Assembly (NCBI GenBank): GCA_017436605.1
Contig: JAFSCW010000125.1
Location: 1-57,773 of the forward strand
Reading direction: 5' to 3'
Source: Clostridia bacterium
Lineage (GTDB): Bacteria > Bacillota > Clostridia > Christensenellales > Aristaeellaceae
DNA length: 57,773 nt
The notes under the pieces were generated by a model. That model saw nothing but the letters and a program-made list of their open reading frames with translations, did not search any database and was not told the origin of the DNA. This document shows positions 54,275 to 57,773 of this stretch, piece after piece (the first letter of the stretch is position 1; the number at the start of each line of letters is the position of its first letter). Made by a program: the position numbers and the translations under genes.

Positions 54275-54889
54275 TCAGGCCCGGTGTCTCGGCCTTCTTC
54301 CGCTGATCTTCATCATATGCGAAAGCCTTTTCCCGTCCCACAGGAGCACGCCCGTCGACTGCGCCAGCTCCTTCGCCCCGCGCGTGAACGTTCCGGGACA
54401 GATCACCGCCGGAATCTCGCAGCCGTAAAACTGCGCGCCGGCGTATGCCTCCTGCACGGCGAAATTGCCCACCGCGCCGTCGTAGTTCTTGCATTGAATC
54501 GCGTAGGTTTTGCCGTTGCGCTCGGCAAGAATATCCACGCCCTGATCGCCGCTGCCCTTTGTCAGCGCCACATGCCGAAAGCCGTTGTCTTCCAGCACCA
54601 GCGCAACGTAGCTTTCAAACTCCGGCCCGTCAAGCCTCAGGCAGCGCGCCGCACCGTTTCTTGGCGCGGTAACCCTGCGAAACGCCCACACCGGCACAGC
54701 CAGCACAACCCCTGCCGCCTTCGCCATCAGCTTCGCCAAGCCGCAAAGCAGCGCCCATGCGCCTCGGAAAACCGCACTGAACAGCGCGACAAATGCGCCC
54801 GCGACACTCTCGCAGAGCCAGTCGATCAGCGAGAGAAAACCATCCAGCAAAGAGAGCAGTATGCCCTTTTTCTTCTTTCTTCTTTTCAA
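54275..54889 (-). CDS. Membrane-anchored Mrr_cat-type restriction-endonuclease-domain protein
   Basis: The C-terminal ...GPEFESYVALVLEDNGF..GSGDQGVDILAE..GKTYAIQCKNY... is a PD-(D/E)xK Mrr-like core. The N-terminus is basic followed by 2 TM segments. A TTG start at 54889 behind GGAGAG is proposed; the TTG at 54919 (4-nt overlap with the upstream stop) is the alternative. Confidence 0.75.
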   Translation of the reverse strand: MKRRKKKKGILLSLLDGFLSLIDWLCESVAGAFVALFSAVFRGAWALLCGLAKLMAKAAGVVLAVPVWAFRRVTAPRNGAARCLRLDGPEFESYVALVLEDNGFRHVALTKGSGDQGVDILAERNGKTYAIQCKNYDGAVGNFAVQEAYAGAQFYGCEIPAVICPGTFTRGAKELAQSTGVLLWDGKRLSHMMKISGRRPRHRA

Positions 54890-54915
54890 TTTATCTCTCC
54901 ACAACGGAAACAGAT

Positions 54916-55851
54916 TCAATTTCCATACATTCGGCAGGCCGCTTCACTGAACGATTCCGCCTCGCCCTCGGGTATACCATGCCGGAGCGCTAAAGCATAG
55001 GTATGCTCGCGAATTGTCTCCACAGAAAAATCACTCTCATACTGTTTCAAATCGAGCATCCAGTCCTCACGGATCTCCGCCAGCGTTTTGCCCGTCTGCT
55101 CGGCATATACATCTTCATCCATACTCGAGCAGATTTCAAGAGAGGTCTCAATTCCATACGTTTCAATCAGATATGCCATAAATGAATATGAAGCGATATA
55201 AAAGGCGGAGCGCTGTTCCATTGCCGTCGTTTTTCCGGAATTCACAGAACCGACAACCCTGAAAAGATTCTGGTTCGACGCAATGGGCATTATCACATTC
55301 TGACAGATTTCGTGCGGGTTCAATCCGTAATTATGCACCACGCCGTATTCGCCCAGCTCGTCCTGAACATATGAAGCCAATCCCTCGCGAAGCGTTCTCG
55401 AATAGACGGGCTGATACACGACGTGTGTAAGCTCATGAATAACCGGAGCCAGATGATATGCCAGATAACCATCTTTCAGCGCGATAACTGCCATCTGCTT
55501 TTCTTTGCCATAGCTGCTGCTGACCACGCGCGACATGCCGCTCGTCGTGACAAACTGAACGCTGAGAACAACGTCGCTGCCTGCCTCACGGTATCCATTC
55601 AGCTTTTCTGTGCCGCCGCCCCACTGCACGATGCGCTCCATCGCCTCTGCGGCATACCGCAAAAAATCCTCGGGCGCATCATATCCGCAATGTGTATGAT
55701 CAAAGCTGTTCCAATGCTTTTCAAGCATCGTCGCCTGATAACCGTTATGGGTGTATTCGTACACAGTCATCCTTTCGGCCATAGCGGAAAAAGGCAGCAA
55801 AATCATAAACGCCATCCATCCCAGGCAAAAACATACGCTCATTCTTTTCAT
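54916..55851 (-). CDS. Secreted HExxH protein (peptidase-MA-like), compositionally atypical
   Basis: Signal peptide MKRMSVCFCLGWMAFMILLPFSAMA. Contains VIHELTHVV...REGLASY (HExxH plus a downstream EG.A.Y). Visibly lower GC than its neighbours. RBS AAGGGGGA. Confidence 0.65.
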   Translation of the reverse strand: MKRMSVCFCLGWMAFMILLPFSAMAERMTVYEYTHNGYQATMLEKHWNSFDHTHCGYDAPEDFLRYAAEAMERIVQWGGGTEKLNGYREAGSDVVLSVQFVTTSGMSRVVSSSYGKEKQMAVIALKDGYLAYHLAPVIHELTHVVYQPVYSRTLREGLASYVQDELGEYGVVHNYGLNPHEICQNVIMPIASNQNLFRVVGSVNSGKTTAMEQRSAFYIASYSFMAYLIETYGIETSLEICSSMDEDVYAEQTGKTLAEIREDWMLDLKQYESDFSVETIREHTYALALRHGIPEGEAESFSEAACRMYGN

Positions 55852-55916
55852 CGCCAATTTCCCCCTTTGCGGTTTCTGCCGAAATTCCACACAGCCAAAT
55901 CTGGGTTCTTCCGCGC

Positions 55917-56477
55917 TCACCGCTTCCATTCACTTTTCAGAACCGCATGCACACAGGCATCGACAATCCCCTGATTATTCCGGTCTGCGCGCCTATGCAC
56001 GCCTTCTTTGCGCATGCCGCATTTCTCCATCACCAGGCCGGAATTCGGATTGTTCACGTCATGCCTGGCTTCCACGCGCTCCATGCCCACCTCGTCAAAC
56101 AGGAATCCGATGACCCCGGCAAGCGCCTCGGAGGTGATTCCCTGCCGCCACCATGCGCGGCCGATGCAGTAGCCCACCTCCGCCTTCCTGACAGCATTGT
56201 CATGAAAAACGACAGCGATGCTTCCGATCGGCAGATCGTCCTGCGCTTTGACGGTAATCGCCCACTGATAGTTGTCCGGCTTTTGATAGGCGTCCGTCCA
56301 TGCGGCCAGCAGCTGCCTTGTCGCATTGGCGTCTGCATGCACAGGCCACGTCAGAAAGCGCGTCACCTCCGGATCGCTTGCCCAGCGGTCGTACATCGCC
56401 TGCGCATCCTCTATGCGAAACCGGCGCAGAATCAGCCGGTCTGTTTCAATCGTCTGCGTGCCCTTATGCGTCACCAC
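55917..56477 (-). CDS. GNAT N-acetyltransferase (RimJ/RimL-like)
   Basis: ...IETDRLILRRFRIEDAQAMYD.W.SDPEVTRFL...VGYCIGRAWWRQGITSEAL... A GTG start behind AAAGGAGGA is proposed. The 393-aa ORF in the track is an out-of-frame run-on into ispDF. Confidence 0.85.
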   Translation of the reverse strand: MVTHKGTQTIETDRLILRRFRIEDAQAMYDRWASDPEVTRFLTWPVHADANATRQLLAAWTDAYQKPDNYQWAITVKAQDDLPIGSIAVVFHDNAVRKAEVGYCIGRAWWRQGITSEALAGVIGFLFDEVGMERVEARHDVNNPNSGLVMEKCGMRKEGVHRRADRNNQGIVDACVHAVLKSEWKR

Positions 56478-56491
56478 GGAAATTTCCTCCT

Positions 56492-57679
56492 TTATGCCCT
56501 TTCGAGGCAGGCCACGGCATGCGTGGAGATGCCCAGCATCTCGCCCTCGAAGCCCAGCTTCTCGGTCGTCGTCGCCTTCACGTTCACGCAGTCGATGTCC
56601 GCCTTCAGGTGCGCCGCGATGTTTTCGCGCATGGTCTCGATGTAATCCTTGAGCTTGGGCTTCTGCGCAATGATCGTCACATCGACATTGCCCACGACAT
56701 AGCCCTTCGCCCAGACCAGCTCCATCACGTGATCGAGCAGCTTTCCGGAATCCGCGCCCTTGTACTTGGGATCGGTATCCGGGAAATGCCGGCCGATGTC
56801 GCCCATCGCCGCCGCGCCGAGAATGGCGTCGGTCAGCGCATGATAGGCGACGTCCGCGTCGCTGTGGCCCAGCAGGCCGACCGTATGCGGAATCTCCACG
56901 CCGCAGAGGATCAGCTTTCTGCCCTCCACCAGCCTGTGTACGTCGTAACCATGTCCGATGCGCATCGCGCAGCCCTCCTTCTTCTTCGCCTGTCCCCGGC
57001 GATAGAGCACCTGCTCGGCCAGCAGCATGTCCTCCGGGGTCGTCAGCTTGATGTTCTCCACGTCGCCCGCGGTCAGATACACCGTATGCCCCATCCATTC
57101 GGCGAGCATCGCGTCGTCCGTTGCGCGCAGTCCCTGGTCGTTCCCCTGCGCATAGCGCGCATGCGCCCGGCGAATGAGCGCCGCATCGAAGGTCTGCGGC
57201 GTCTGCACGGCGCAGAGCATATCTCGCCTCGGGGTATCGACGACGCAGCCGTTTTCGTCCACGCGCTTGATCGTGTCCTTGAGCGCAACCGCCGCGACGC
57301 CGCTGCCGTGCCGCTTCGCGCTTTCAATCGTCCGCTCCATGACCTCGCGCGTGACCAGCGGGCGCGCGCCGTCGTGGATCGCGATGATCTCCGCATCCCC
57401 GCCGACCGCCGCAATGCCCCGGCAGACGCTCTCCTGTCTGTCCGCGCCGCCCTCGACGACGGCATGCACGCCAAGGCCCGCGCGCCTGAACATCGCGCGC
57501 ATCTCCTCCAGATCGCATGCGCCGGTAACGACGACGATCTGCGAAAACAATCCGCTTTCCTCAAACGCGCGCACCGTGCGCACGATAATCGGCTCGCCGC
57601 ACAGGGGATAGAGCACCTTGTTGCGGTCCAGTCCCATGCGCGAGCCGCGGCCCGCCGCGACGATCACAGCAGCGTTCAT
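56492..57679 (-). CDS. ispDF: Bifunctional IspD/IspF (MEP cytidylyltransferase fused to MEcPP synthase)
   Basis: N-terminus [14 protein letters not shown] (IspD). C-terminus [12 protein letters not shown]...[19 protein letters not shown] (IspF). One uninterrupted frame. Confidence 0.93.
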   Translation of the reverse strand: MNAAVIVAAGRGSRMGLDRNKVLYPLCGEPIIVRTVRAFEESGLFSQIVVVTGACDLEEMRAMFRRAGLGVHAVVEGGADRQESVCRGIAAVGGDAEIIAIHDGARPLVTREVMERTIESAKRHGSGVAAVALKDTIKRVDENGCVVDTPRRDMLCAVQTPQTFDAALIRRAHARYAQGNDQGLRATDDAMLAEWMGHTVYLTAGDVENIKLTTPEDMLLAEQVLYRRGQAKKKEGCAMRIGHGYDVHRLVEGRKLILCGVEIPHTVGLLGHSDADVAYHALTDAILGAAAMGDIGRHFPDTDPKYKGADSGKLLDHVMELVWAKGYVVGNVDVTIIAQKPKLKDYIETMRENIAAHLKADIDCVNVKATTTEKLGFEGEMLGISTHAVACLERA

Positions 57680-57773
57680 CACAGATCCTCCTCGCCGGCA
57701 AGCAGCTCATACATGAGCCCCGCGTCGTTTTTGCGCACGGTTTCCGCGACCTTGAGAATCCGGAACTTCGCCA
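57679..57773 (-). CDS. 3' end of an unidentified upstream gene (5' part outside the window)
   Basis: The frame is open to TGA at 57679-57681 (...[29 protein letters not shown]) and overlaps the ispDF ATG by 1 nt. Confidence 0.5.
   Translation of the reverse strand, partial: AKFRILKVAETVRKNDAGLMYELLAGEEDL

Noticed and set aside
55917-57098. 393-aa ORF spanning the GNAT gene and part of ispDF
   Set aside because: Only the last 186 codons are GNAT-like, and these are preceded by a strong RBS plus GTG. The upstream part is an Arg/Gly-rich out-of-frame overlap with ispDF.

Overview
This 57.8-kb window looks like a GC-rich Firmicute (Clostridia-like) chromosome. Support: strong Shine-Dalgarno sites, two T-box leaders, and rimO-pgsA-cinA-recA and dprA-topA-trmFO-hslVU synteny. 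Positions 1 to about 2400 are different. They are visibly AT-rich and hold small accessory genes: a GNAT fragment, an XRE/zinc-ribbon regulator, an MmcQ/YjbR gene and a DUF3795 gene. Each transcription unit there ends in a copy of one conserved module of about 125-175 nt followed by an intrinsic terminator. The module ends in a tRNA(Ala)/tmRNA-type acceptor mimic (GGGG...GCUCC-A-CCA, with G3:U70) and a T-arm-like hairpin. It shows compensatory substitutions between copies. I could not match it to any element class I know, and it is my top candidate for something undescribed. The rest of the window is mostly ordinary. It contains an SNF-family Na+ symporter and a Pct-like CoA-transferase. Next come two tandem paralogous secreted BspA-type LRR/Fn3 giants with 15-bp in-frame tandem repeats. 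An Fe-S aldo/keto reductase follows, then a minus-strand block made of an ArsR-like regulator, a GH2 hydrolase, a sugar ABC transporter, an acyltransferase and galM. After that come a MATE exporter behind a terminator-containing leader of unknown class, a COG2984-type ABC transporter, gdhA, an oxidoreductase/hydrolase pair and an XRE-plus-membrane-protein pair. A long housekeeping run follows: nitroreductase, rsmI, rsmH, folC, valS, a GT14 gene, hslUV, trmFO, topA, dprA, recA, cinA, pgsA, rimO and glyQS. The window ends with a small Mrr-like nuclease / HExxH protein cassette, a GNAT gene and fused ispDF. Other points worth a second look are a 55-codon membrane ORF between the valS T-box and valS, short hairpin-rich REP-like repeat families in several intergenic spacers, and a promoter nested in a terminator loop. 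No CRISPR array, rRNA, canonical tRNA, transposase or integrase is visible. All calls rest on reading the sequence and on remembered family signatures; no searches were run.
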